64,000 nt of DNA from Amoebophrya sp. A120 (Eukaryota > Protista > Dinoflagellata), in contig CAJINV010000020.1 in assembly GCA_905178155.1 (NCBI GenBank), positions 496,001-560,000 of the forward strand. Reading direction: 5' to 3'. Under the pieces are notes generated by a model that made no database searches, had not been told where the DNA came from, and was given only the letters and a program-made list of their open reading frames with translations. The position numbers and the translations under genes are program-made. This document shows positions 49,801-59,886 of the stretch, one piece after another. Within the stretch, counting starts at the first letter, position 1. Every line of letters starts with the position of its first letter.

Positions 49801-51541
49801 TAGGCACTTAGCATGGGGAACGCCTATGCTCTAGGACCAACAGCATGACAAACCGCCTGCATAATGGGTCGGAGCCCATGCCGTTGCTTTCTTGCAAGAC
49901 AGACGATTTGTGGTCACAAATCAGCATTGCAAATTTTCTGAGACGTTCCTTTTCGATATGGGGACGAGGGGGGATGTTTCCTTACGATACACGGACCCGT
50001 CGGCCATGAGCGAGGAGTACGACGAGGTGCTCAACCGGCTGGTCAAAGAGGTGGTGAAGCACGTGCGCCCGCTCGCCCTCGGGGGCACCACGGTCCGCGA
50101 ATCCTGGCAGCTGGTGGATTTTATGCGCAATTCCCTGATCAAAGACTGCGCCAACGACGACGCGTTTCCGAACATCCCCCAGGGCGCCAAGGCCATCCAG
50201 GAGGCCTCGCAACAGAAGCTGCGACAGGAGCTGGAGGCGCTGGTGCACACCTGGTACCAGGCGGAGATCGCGCCGCACGGGGTATTTCTGGACGACGCGG
50301 AACTCGAGAAGAAGATCGAGACCGCGATCGGGCAGGCGCGCGCGCAGTGGGACGCCAAGGTCTTTGTGTACGACCAAAGCGCGGCGGAGCAAGCCTGGGC
50401 GGACCTGGTGATGAACCTGCAGGACCGGCAGTTCGCCGGGATGCGCAAGCAGAACGCGGACGCGAAAAAAATGCTGTTCCAGAACGACCTGATCGCATTC
50501 AAGCAGTCTGGCTCCGCGCTGTCGCAGGACGGAAAATATGGATTGCAAAAATGTCTGGGTCTAGAAACTTGTAATGCTGCGTTGGGATTAATGATTGCTC
50601 TGTAATGCAAAGCCAAGCATGAGAAATATCTGCGCTTCTTCGTGTTGCGTTTTTCGCATGAGAAACTGCGTTTTTGCATGACAGGAAAAAGGGTCTCTTC
50701 TTGGACACGCATCACAAACTTTTTTCTCATGCCAGACAAGCATGACAAATCTCGCAATCTTCCAGACCCAGACAATTTTGCATTTGATAGAAAGTTCGAC
50801 GTTGGCAACGGGGACTCCTGGCCGCAAGACAAAAACATGCGGGTGCAGTTGGGCCAAGGCGGGAAGGAGTCCGGTCCGGGCGAGTACACGGGTCAGAACG
50901 TGCAGATCGAAGAGCTGGGCAGCGCCCGGTTTCGGGCGGAGTGTCAGGAGGAAATGCAACAGCAGCTGGTGGCGAAATGGGAGAAGCAGGGACCATATGC
51001 ATTGCAAATGTATCGCACTAGTAGTAATCGCATTTACAAATTGGCTCAGCATGACAAATGGAATTTGTGATGCTGTTTTGCCTTGGGATGGAGATTTGTA
51101 ATGGTGCATGGCTGCGGTTACTACGAGTGCGATGCTTTTGCACAGGATAGGCCAGAATTTTTCGCGCCCAAGGACCGGAAATCTGTTACCAAATGCAAAT
51201 ATGTCTGGGTCTGGAAGATAATGCAGGTTTTGCATGACCAAGAGTGTCTGACATGCAGGACCAGCGTCACAGGTTCTTCGAGGGCGTCACGATGCCTACT
51301 CTGCATGAGAAAATTGTCATGCAGGTTTTCCATGACCCATGAGGTCTGGCATGAAGGACATAGCAGGAGAGATTCTGTGAGAGTTCTACCATGCCTATCC
51401 TGCATGAGAAACTGCCTCTCGATTAGGTCAATTGCGTCTCCGCATGACACATTGCGTCTCCGCATGCAGCAGTTTTGTATTGTGTTCCGACCATGTGTCC
51501 TAGATCCTCTCCTCATGCGTCCTTCTAGATCTGCGCGCGCT

Positions 51542-51577
<36 letters not shown>

Positions 51578-53422
51578 CAATGATCACAGTAGTTAGACCT
51601 TGGTAGGGGCGAGAGATCCTTATAAATGTTTACTAGCGTGAGGAGAAAACCTCCATAAAAAATCTTCATGTTTTTTTTTACTAGCGCTAGCTTTACTACC
51701 CTTGTAGACTTTAGATGCCGCCCCGTACATACTTTCATACTGCGTCGCCTATGTTTTGCGCGACAGCCCCTTTTTTGGCTGGTTTTCCTTGTGTTTTGCG
51801 CGGCAGCCCTTTTTTTTTTTTCTTCTGGCTGGCTGGAGATCCTTTTGCGTAGGGCCCCTAAAGTGGGCAAAAGAACGAAGAGACATACACAAAAATGGAG
51901 CGACCGAAAAGTGGAAAAGAAGACGGGGGGGGAAAGTAATAGAAGAAAAAAGGAGAAGACTTGGCTGGGCGGGGCAAAAAAGAAAAAAGGAAAGATGGGC
52001 GGGGGCATGGGTTGAAGGACAAAAAACACAAGAACTGCAAGTGTCTGGGATTTTGCATGCCAGGAGATTTATTAGTAGAGTGGCAGGGTTGTTATTTTAA
52101 AGACTGCGCTAAGGCAGCGCCCCCCTTCTCCAAGGGGTCCCCCCGGGGCGGGCGCGGTGGCGGCTCTGCCAACGCGGAGCTTCAAAGTCCGACTCTACCT
52201 ATGCGCATACAAAGGGCGCGCGGAAATAGGTCGGCAAAGTGCTTGAAAGGGGCATGCTTTGGGGTTGCCCGTCATCGTGATAGGGTCAATGTGTGTGACC
52301 AATAGGCCCCCCCTATATCTAGCGCGCAACCGACCACAGAAGCAGTAGCGTCCAAAGTTTGTAAGAATAACCCAACAGGGCAACACTGGGGCTCCACCTT
52401 GCTCGCGGGCTTGGATGGTAAATCAGGTCAGCCACATCTAGCGCCCACTGGCTGTGCGCACGCGTAAGAAATCGGAAACGGTTCGGCGGATGCGGTCGGG
52501 TGGTACCTGTAGGACGTGGAACGGGTGTCCACCTAGGGGCATTGGCAGAGGCTAAATCTGTTCTAACGCCACGGTATTGGCAGAGGCTAAATCTGTTCTA
52601 GCGCCACCCTGACAGGAGTCAAATGTCAAAGCGATGCGATGCGATACCATTGCCAAAAATAGTACACAACTTTTGCTGTTTGTGCAAGACAGATTTTTGT
52701 GTGATCTGGAATGCGCATCACAAGTTGCAACCTTCCAGACCCAGACATATTTGCAATGCATATCCGTTGAACAGATGCTGGCAGACGAGACGCGGAAGCT
52801 GCAGCTGCGGAACCAGATGTTAGGTTGAGAGTGCACAGCTCGTGGTCCCCCTCATGATCTCCCTCATTTGTAGTGCATATGCAACAAAAGTTGTACCTCC
52901 TTCACCACTTGCGTTGAAGCACTGTTCGCAGGACAAAGTTCGTAACCTGAACCAGTACACCTACAGTCCCCGGGTATAATCGAAAGTTTGTCATGCGGAA
53001 GACCATCCATTTCTGCCGTTGCTTGTGGTGCCGTTGAAGCATAATTACAAATGAGGGGGAGCAATAAGGGGTGGGGTTCTTGTGCATGGTCATAGATCTC
53101 CTGCGAGGTGCTGAAGGCTGCGGCGCGCACGCGGGACCAGGTGGAGAAAGGCCAAATTGCGGCCGAGGAGAGCCAACGGCGCCAGGAGGAAATGATGCAA
53201 CGCCAGGAGCAGATCCAGCAGCAGGCCGCGCAGGAGCGCGCGGAGGCGACGCGGCGCATGATGGACGCGCAGGAAGCCCACCAGTCGGCCATGTCCAGCA
53301 TGCAGCAGCAGCACGCGCAGGCCAACGCCGCCATGCAGCAGCAGCTCGTCGAGCTAGCCAACCGCCCGCCGCCGGAGGTCCGCGCCATCGAGCGTGGCGG
53401 CGGGGGCTGCGAAATCATGTAA
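46889..53422 (+). CDS. Guanylate-binding protein / atlastin-family GTPase (~845 aa) with C-terminal CaaX
   Basis: Exons 46889-46988, 47230-47681, 47971-48012, 48258-48378, 48669-48766, 49094-49667, 49995-50536, 50795-50995, 51155-51186, 52768-52820, 53100-53422 sum to 2538 nt. G1 GVQRAGKST, G2 HTKGHW, G3 LMDSEG, G4 LLRD; Q/E coiled coil; ends CEIM*. Confidence 0.9.
46989..47224. mobile_element. Introner family F
   Basis: TSD gtcac. Confidence 0.92.
47682..47970 (+). other. Canonical GT-AG intron
   Basis: CAG|gtacca...cgtag; followed by a 42-nt GC-rich in-frame exon. Confidence 0.6.
48013..48257 (+). other. Canonical GT-AG intron
   Basis: CTG|gtacaa...ctctcag|GTG. Confidence 0.6.
48379..48663. 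mobile_element. Introner family G
   Basis: TSD cagcg; splits the DSEG (G3) motif. Confidence 0.92.
48767..49088. mobile_element. Introner family B
   Basis: TSD agagc. Confidence 0.9.
49668..49989. mobile_element. Introner family B
   Basis: TSD cacgg. Confidence 0.92.
50537..50789. mobile_element. Introner family A
   Basis: TSD gaaaa/gaaag. Confidence 0.9.
50996..51149. mobile_element. Introner family C
   Basis: TSD gacca/ggcca. Confidence 0.88.
51187..52762. mobile_element. Introner family A with ~1.2-kb nested insert
   Basis: TSD tctgt/tccgt; insert ~51432-52635. Confidence 0.87.
51543..51575. repeat. (CA)n microsatellite
   Basis: About 16 CA units. Confidence 0.95.
52821..53094. mobile_element. 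Introner family E (degenerate left end)
   Basis: TSD gatgt/gatct; right TIR aatgagggggag...gtcata. Confidence 0.82.
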
Positions 53423-54382
53423 ATCATGATAATTTACTATTAGCGCCTGTTGTATACCTCCTCTACCGATCAGTTTTCAGTACAGCAGCTACTGTGCGAC
53501 CACGTACAGCTAGGTCTCCGGATGTCGGGCACAAACCAAAGGTAGCTGTGGTCGTATTTGATATGGTTCAGCGGTAGAACGGTATTGATATAAACGTTTT
53601 TGTTCAGATTTTTTGCGAATATCAGACGAACAAAATGTAAATGATATAGAAGTGTCACCTCCAACGAAGAATTTTTCTGGAGGGACGTCGCTGATCTAGT
53701 TGCACATAGAAAATTTTTGTTGTAACATCAATATGTTTCAAATTACGCCGTAGAATAAGAACTTTGTAGAAACAACTAGAAATATTACCCTTGTACATTT
53801 AGATTGATAGCGTAGGAATAAGCTACAAACTCACCAGTCTTCTTTCTTTGTTGTCTCTGTACGATTCACTGATGGAACAAGAAAGGACTAGAACTAGTAC
53901 GCGCTCTATAGTGTCGTGTCGAGGAAAAGTCGTTTCACGAACCCTGCTGCCGGGAAGCATGGGCGGATGGATCGAAGGGGAGCTGCACTCAGGTTTTTGA
54001 GTCCACCTTCCCCCGATCATATGTCTCTCATCTTCGCTGTGTTGAGGTGGAAATAACGAGATAGATCGGTTGTACTTTTCAGAATTGCACAACTACAACA
54101 TCCATGCCAAATGAAGATGACGCAGACAGATGAAGAAAAGTTTGTGCTGACAAACATACTGGTCGTGCTTCGCACTCAAGCAAACTTCTTTTATTTCGTT
54201 TTCTGTGTTCGTGGAAAGACATGACAAGGAAGAGAGAGATATCGTAGTTGTTGTTTTTGTTGAACTAGTGTTTTTTTTGTTCGCTCACATGAGGATCAGA
54301 AACTGAAGGTCTTTGGTCTCCCCACTGAATTATGTACGTCAATCGTTCATCAAAAGATTTTTTGTGTGCATGTTTTCTGGAG

Positions 54383-57300
54383 ATCCAGATTTCCTCCACT
54401 CGTTCGGTTACTGCTTTCATCGAAGCGTATGATTTACAGCTTGGACGCCCATTAGATATAGGGGCGGCGAATTTCCAGTGATTTTAGAGGTGGCGCACAA
54501 TTGGGGGGCTGCTCTTTCGGGTATTAGTGGTTCGTGGGGCAAGGGCTAGCAAAAATAGAGGCGATGGCAACACTGTGCTCGTCATTATCGCTCCATTACA
54601 TTGATGGCCATCCCCCTCCGCGCAACGCCCAAGCCACCACATCTGATTTCTTGTTTTTTCGCAAAGGGATTCATTTGATGGCTTCAGGATTTTCTCCTTT
54701 CCTTCTTAACCCTTCAACTTCCGTGTCCCAATTTTGGGCAACAAAAATCGCACAAAAACAGCACTTCCATCGGGAAAGGCTTCCATTCAAACATCAATCA
54801 CCATGGTGTGACGAAGATGACTTTTTTGCTAAAAATCATCGATGCGGAGTGCCGTGCTGTTTCTTTGGCGCCAAAAAGCAGGTTAAAAGCACCCCCTTTC
54901 CCGATGGTGTGCTGCGATCGGTGAATTTAGCGGTGAGTTTAGAAATGGGCGGCCGGTGAATTTAGGAAATGGTGGCCGGTGAATTTAGCTTCCCGCCCCC
55001 CACCTGATTCTGGATTCCCGGCCGCCACAAAACAAGCATCCATCTTGCCCTTCATTTCTAAATTCACCGGACCCAAAAAATCTGATCCAGAACAATGGCC
55101 GTCGCATTTGCTCAAGAAAGTGCCAAACCTTTGGAGCATGCGCGCACAAATACGAAACGACCGAAATTCTATTGCGTCTTAAGGTCGCGCGAAAAATCAA
55201 ATTAATGCCAAACAGCTGTTAAACAAACCCTCGATATCTTGGCTGCCAAACAGCTGTTAACCGCCCAGGAGATACAACAACATCGAGAGAAGACGAGCAG
55301 AACGAAGCAGCATCTCCCGGAGTTATCGCATATCCCCATCTTCTTGCATTATTGTCCAACGGTATTGATCAAGCGGGAGCGCGACCGTGAAGGGCAGGCA
55401 CTAGAAGACAGGACGCGGGGCCTGGTATTACAACATCGCTGCCGAGGACTCCAGGAATTCGCGCCATTCTTCGGGGGGTTCGCGAACTTCATCTATGAAT
55501 TCCACGACATCGACCCGCTCGCTGAGTTGATCATTGCCAGACCTACGCACAGGAAGGATCCTTGTCGGTAGTGATCGAAACAATAACGCTCTCCCAGTGC
55601 GGGAGAAGAGCGGAGACCTCATTTCTTCCGGGCCCGCCACAACGCGCTGTGGTTGAAGCACGCACACCGGCAGCAGCTCCTGACGTACAGGGTATCGCCT
55701 GACTACTACCATCTGGAACAGCGGACAGCTATACAGGACCCCGAGGTAGGAAGAACCGAGTCCGCGCAGCGGACCTAGAGCAACAGTGTGAAGCGGCAAG
55801 GAAAGTAGGCCGCAGCTTCCCACCCGAACGCAGGTGACGGAAACACCAGACACAGCCCCCAGAGGCGCGTTTGCCTCCAGACACGACCGGGCGACTCTTT
55901 GATGCCGAGGGCGCAACCCGGAGACGCAGTGAAATTGGAGCACGCCGCTGGGTCTGAAGACGAGCGGCGGAGGCTATACGCCGGCGCACATTCCGGCTTG
56001 CCGGGTTACATCTTTAGCCCCCAGATCCTGTTTCCATGTGTACATGTTTTCTGGAGATCCAGACTTCCTCCACTCGTTCGGTTACTGCTTTCATCGAACA
56101 AAGAGAGAAAAAGCGCGCAACACGAATAGAAGCGCGGAGGCCTGTTTGTTTTGGGGCGGGCAAATCGGCGCAGATGATAGCGAGAATTTGCGGCAAAATC
56201 CGGGGCCCATCATGTTGCGCTGGCTGGCACGCGGCTGCTTTGAGGGCGGAGGGCACACCACTCGAAAAGACCCCCAAGCGGCCGCGTGGCGCCGTCAGCT
56301 CGCCTACCCCTGCAGCCGAGGGGGGCTTTGCATTTGGGCGCGCGCCCCGGTCGCACAGCCGAGAAAACATCGAGGCCACTGGCAACACCTAAAAACGCCT
56401 GCGCCAAAACCCGGGCCCGACCCGAGGACTTCCGCCCAATCTAATCCCAGAAGCACAGCGACAGCGCTGCTCGCGATGTTTGGCGCGCCGGGCCCAGGCT
56501 GTGTTTCCATGTGGGTGGCTGGCGCCTGACTTGCCAGCCATAAGGGCGCAACGCCTCTGCGCAAACACATCCTCCGGGCCTGGGGACCTGATTTTCGAGT
56601 GGCCACAGGCAAGTGCCAAGCGAGGCAGCCGGAAGGCAAAAGGCCCAGTCAGTCGGAGAGGCCCGGGGCGGTGAAGTCGACTAAATGTTTTCTATATTTT
56701 GCGGGATTTTTGAAAAATGAAAAGAACGGGGATCGCGGCGCTGCCTGCGGCGCCACGGTTGGCAGGGACGCCATGCGTCCGGGCACCGCGGGGGTTCAGG
56801 CGCATTGCCTCCCGTCCGTGTGCCCGGCGGCAGTGTTTTCCCCCTGGTGTTCTCGCGTTGCCTTGCGAAAAAATTAAAATTTAAAAATTGGCAGCGTTTT
56901 GAGTGGTATTGCGTGTGCTAGGAGTTTCCCAATCCCGCAGCCTCTTGGGTTCCTCTGTGTTCATTTCCGATCGCACACACCGGGGAAGGTGTGCGTGGTG
57001 GGTTGTCCGTATTCTGCCTCCCGGGCGTGAGGTTGTTTCCAACATCGCGCTGACTTTCGTGAGTCAGTGCGATTTTGGGAAGGGGTTGGGATATGTTTGA
57101 GTTGTCCGTCGGAAGGAAAGGTCGTGGGGCTTCGCGACCGACCTTCGGCAAGATCCGCGGTCGGGGTCGCGCAACGACCTTTCCTGCGGGAAACCACCTT
57201 CCGGACCATTTCCGTTTTGATTTAGAGTCACCGGGGGGTGCATTTTCGGGAACGATTCCTGTGTTTTCGGGAATTTCGCCCGGTTTCGGGGTGGTCTGCT

Positions 57301-59519
57301 AAACCGTTTCCCCGCACGGTTTAGCAGGTTCATTTAGCATGCTGATTTAGCCTGCGACTTAGCATGCTGATTTAGCATGCCAGATAGCGTGGCACTTAGA
57401 GCCCCCATGTAGCACCCCCATTTAGCGCCCCCATTTAAAGGGGTGCGATTTAGAGCCCCCATTTAGCACCCCCATTTAGAAGGGGTCGATTTAGAGCCCC
57501 CATTTAGCACCCCCATTTAGAAGGGCTCGATTTAGAGCCCCCATTTAGCACCCCCATTTAGAGTGCCATTTAGAGCGCTTTTGGGCAGGTGCCCACCTCG
57601 TCTGCGAAATCGGCCCCATGATTTGCTTCTCCCCACCCCGCAACGCTTCTCCGGGTTTTTCCCCACCCGCAGTGCGCAGGGGGCCGCGCCGGAGTTTCTC
57701 CTATGTCTTCTTTTCCTCGGTCCCACACCATTTGCCTCTGTGTTCCCCATTTCGTCTTTGCCTTTTTCCTTCTCGCCCCTTTTCAAGTGAGGCGCCGTTC
57801 GCATATTCCCCGGGAAGGCCGTTTTTGAAAAATCCCGCAAAATTTAGAAGCGATTTAGCAGCCACCACCGCCCCGGCCCCTCCGCCTGAGCCCAGAACCT
57901 TCCGAAGGCCGAAGAGCGGGGCACTTGGTTGGGGCCGCGCCAATGGCACGGTAACAAACATTGCCCGGGGCGCAACAGATTTGGGCGACTGGGCCGCCCT
58001 GTGTGCATGCGCCCCTTTCCGGGCCAGAGCTTTCCGGGCTTGCCTTTGTCCGGTTATTAGACACAGGGCAGTGGTTGCACGGCCTCCAGTGCCAGGTGAC
58101 GTGCGGCGCGCGCAACTAGAACCCAAGGGGCCGGATCTGTCTCGGCCCGCTCCACAGGCTTTGAAAGGCCGAGGGCGCTTCTTCTAGAAGAGGCCTACGG
58201 AGGCCCCTCCGACAGGCCCCCCAAAATGGTGCCTCTTCGAAGGCCTTCCACGATGGTATGAGGCCTGCCGGGATGCCCCCCAAACAGGCCCCCCCGGAAG
58301 GCCGAATGGCCGGGGCCTTTGCCTTCTGGTGCACCTTTTAGGGCAGCCGCCCCCGATGCCCCAGTCTCATCGCGGGAGCCGGCCCGCCGGGCCCGCGCTC
58401 GCAACTGCCCGCACCGGATGATCCACGGACCGCCCGAAGCCATAGGGTGGCTGAATTAGGCTACGCGGGATCGGGGGCGAGGAAGCCTTTTTGCGTGGTC
58501 CTACTGACTGCGCACCCGGAAGCCCCCGCGCGCTGCCGGCGTGCAGCAAGGTCTGCATGGTCGGGGCTGTCCTGGGGCTTCGGCGCTAATGCTGCTAAAG
58601 CAGGCGCGATGGGGCAGCCCGAAAAAATAGCGCGAGCTCCTTCCGGCTCGCAGGGCCGGCAAGGCAGGTCGGATGATGGGCAAACCCCCGCGGCCGGAGG
58701 AACTGGCCCAGCGCATGCCATTCCCTCTGGCAATAAGCCCGCCGGGCAGTTCCGCCCTTCCGGAAAAATATGGCCCGGGACTGTCCGCTGTGGTGAGGCC
58801 AACACCGGGAACAACAGCGGTGGCGCTCCAGCAGCCGAGGGGTTGCGGGCCTTTACCACTATCGCCGCCCAGGTCTAGTTGTTTGTGAGGGCCGGAATCT
58901 GTTGCAAAATCTGAGCAGAAGGAGGCCCCCCGAGATCAATTATGCCAACAACGAGACACATATCGGGCCCGGGATGGGGCGGAGCGCTCCGCGCGGTCCC
59001 GGGGGGAAGCGGCTAGTCGCATCCGGGGCCCTCTTTGTTTTTGCGCTTTTACGAGCTAGACATTGTGCGGGGGCTCGGAGTTGCAAGCTTTTTGCCTCGG
59101 CGAAATCAGAACCCTAGAAGACCCCGGGGACTAGAAAAGTCATGGCGGCTGGCGCCAGCGCATCTTTACCAGTAGCTTTACTCGCGCTGCGCTTTTGGTT
59201 TGAGATCGCGCAGAGGCCCCACAGAACTTGGGCGGCCCTTTGGTTGCTATGCCGAAAAATAAGGAGCCAGTTGAATTGCCCGGCTGTGGCCACGACCTCG
59301 GTTTTGCGCCGGGCCTTGATTTCAGACCGGGGCGGTGTGGTTCATTCGGAGCATGTTTACGCCACATTAACCAAAAGAGGCACGATATGTGCGCAAAATA
59401 GTTCTTGCTTTTCTATGCTGATGAAAATTTTTAATTCAGCGCACAATTATTCATCTTTTCGCGCCATAATCCAGATTTCCTCCACTCGTTCGGTTACTGC
59501 TTTCATCGAAGCGTATGAT
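54383..59519. mobile_element. ~5-kb insertion bounded by identical 51-bp direct repeats
   Basis: 54383-54433 equals 59469-59519; third copy at 56037-56098; GC-rich interior with no recognisable ORF. Confidence 0.55.
57330..57578. repeat. ATTTAG-based tandem array (~41-bp unit)
   Basis: Repeated gatttagagcccccatttagcacccccatttagaagggg. Confidence 0.85.
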
Positions 59520-59523
59520 GTAG

Positions 59524-59766
59524 ATGCTTCGGAATTTATTTCCGCGAATAACAGCTGATGCTGATGCTGATCTCCAGCAAGAACTACAGAGGTATAATCT
59601 ACAAGTTGTTCCTTCCTCTACATCTAGTACGCATAGAAGTCATTTGGCAAGCCAAAGTGTCGAGCAGTGGGCAACTTTCGTCAAGATTATTGTCGTCCCC
59701 ATCGTGATCGTTTTGTGTGTGTACTTCTCTGTGAAACTACGTAAACCTCTAATGGAGGTAAAGTAA
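59524..59766 (+). CDS. Possible small membrane protein or upstream exon
   Basis: 80-aa ORF with hydrophobic FVKIIVVPIVIVLCVYFSV; I could not splice it in frame to the downstream gene. Confidence 0.35.
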   Translation: MLRNLFPRITADADADLQQELQRYNLQVVPSSTSSTHRSHLASQSVEQWATFVKIIVVPIVIVLCVYFSVKLRKPLMEVK

Positions 59767-59886
59767 AAGTTTTTGAAGTACTAGGTGTCCTCTTGTGCCA
59801 CTTGTTTGATCTTGTCCCAACAACTCCAAGCCTAAGAAAAGTAAAACACTCCTGCTACAGTCGCTGGAGAAGTAGATCCACTTCGC

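Noticed and set aside
54383-54433. 51-bp repeat as a spliced-leader or snRNA/snoRNA gene
   Set aside because: No match to the dinoflagellate SL core CCGTAGCCATTTTGGCTCAAG and no convincing Sm site or C/D boxes.
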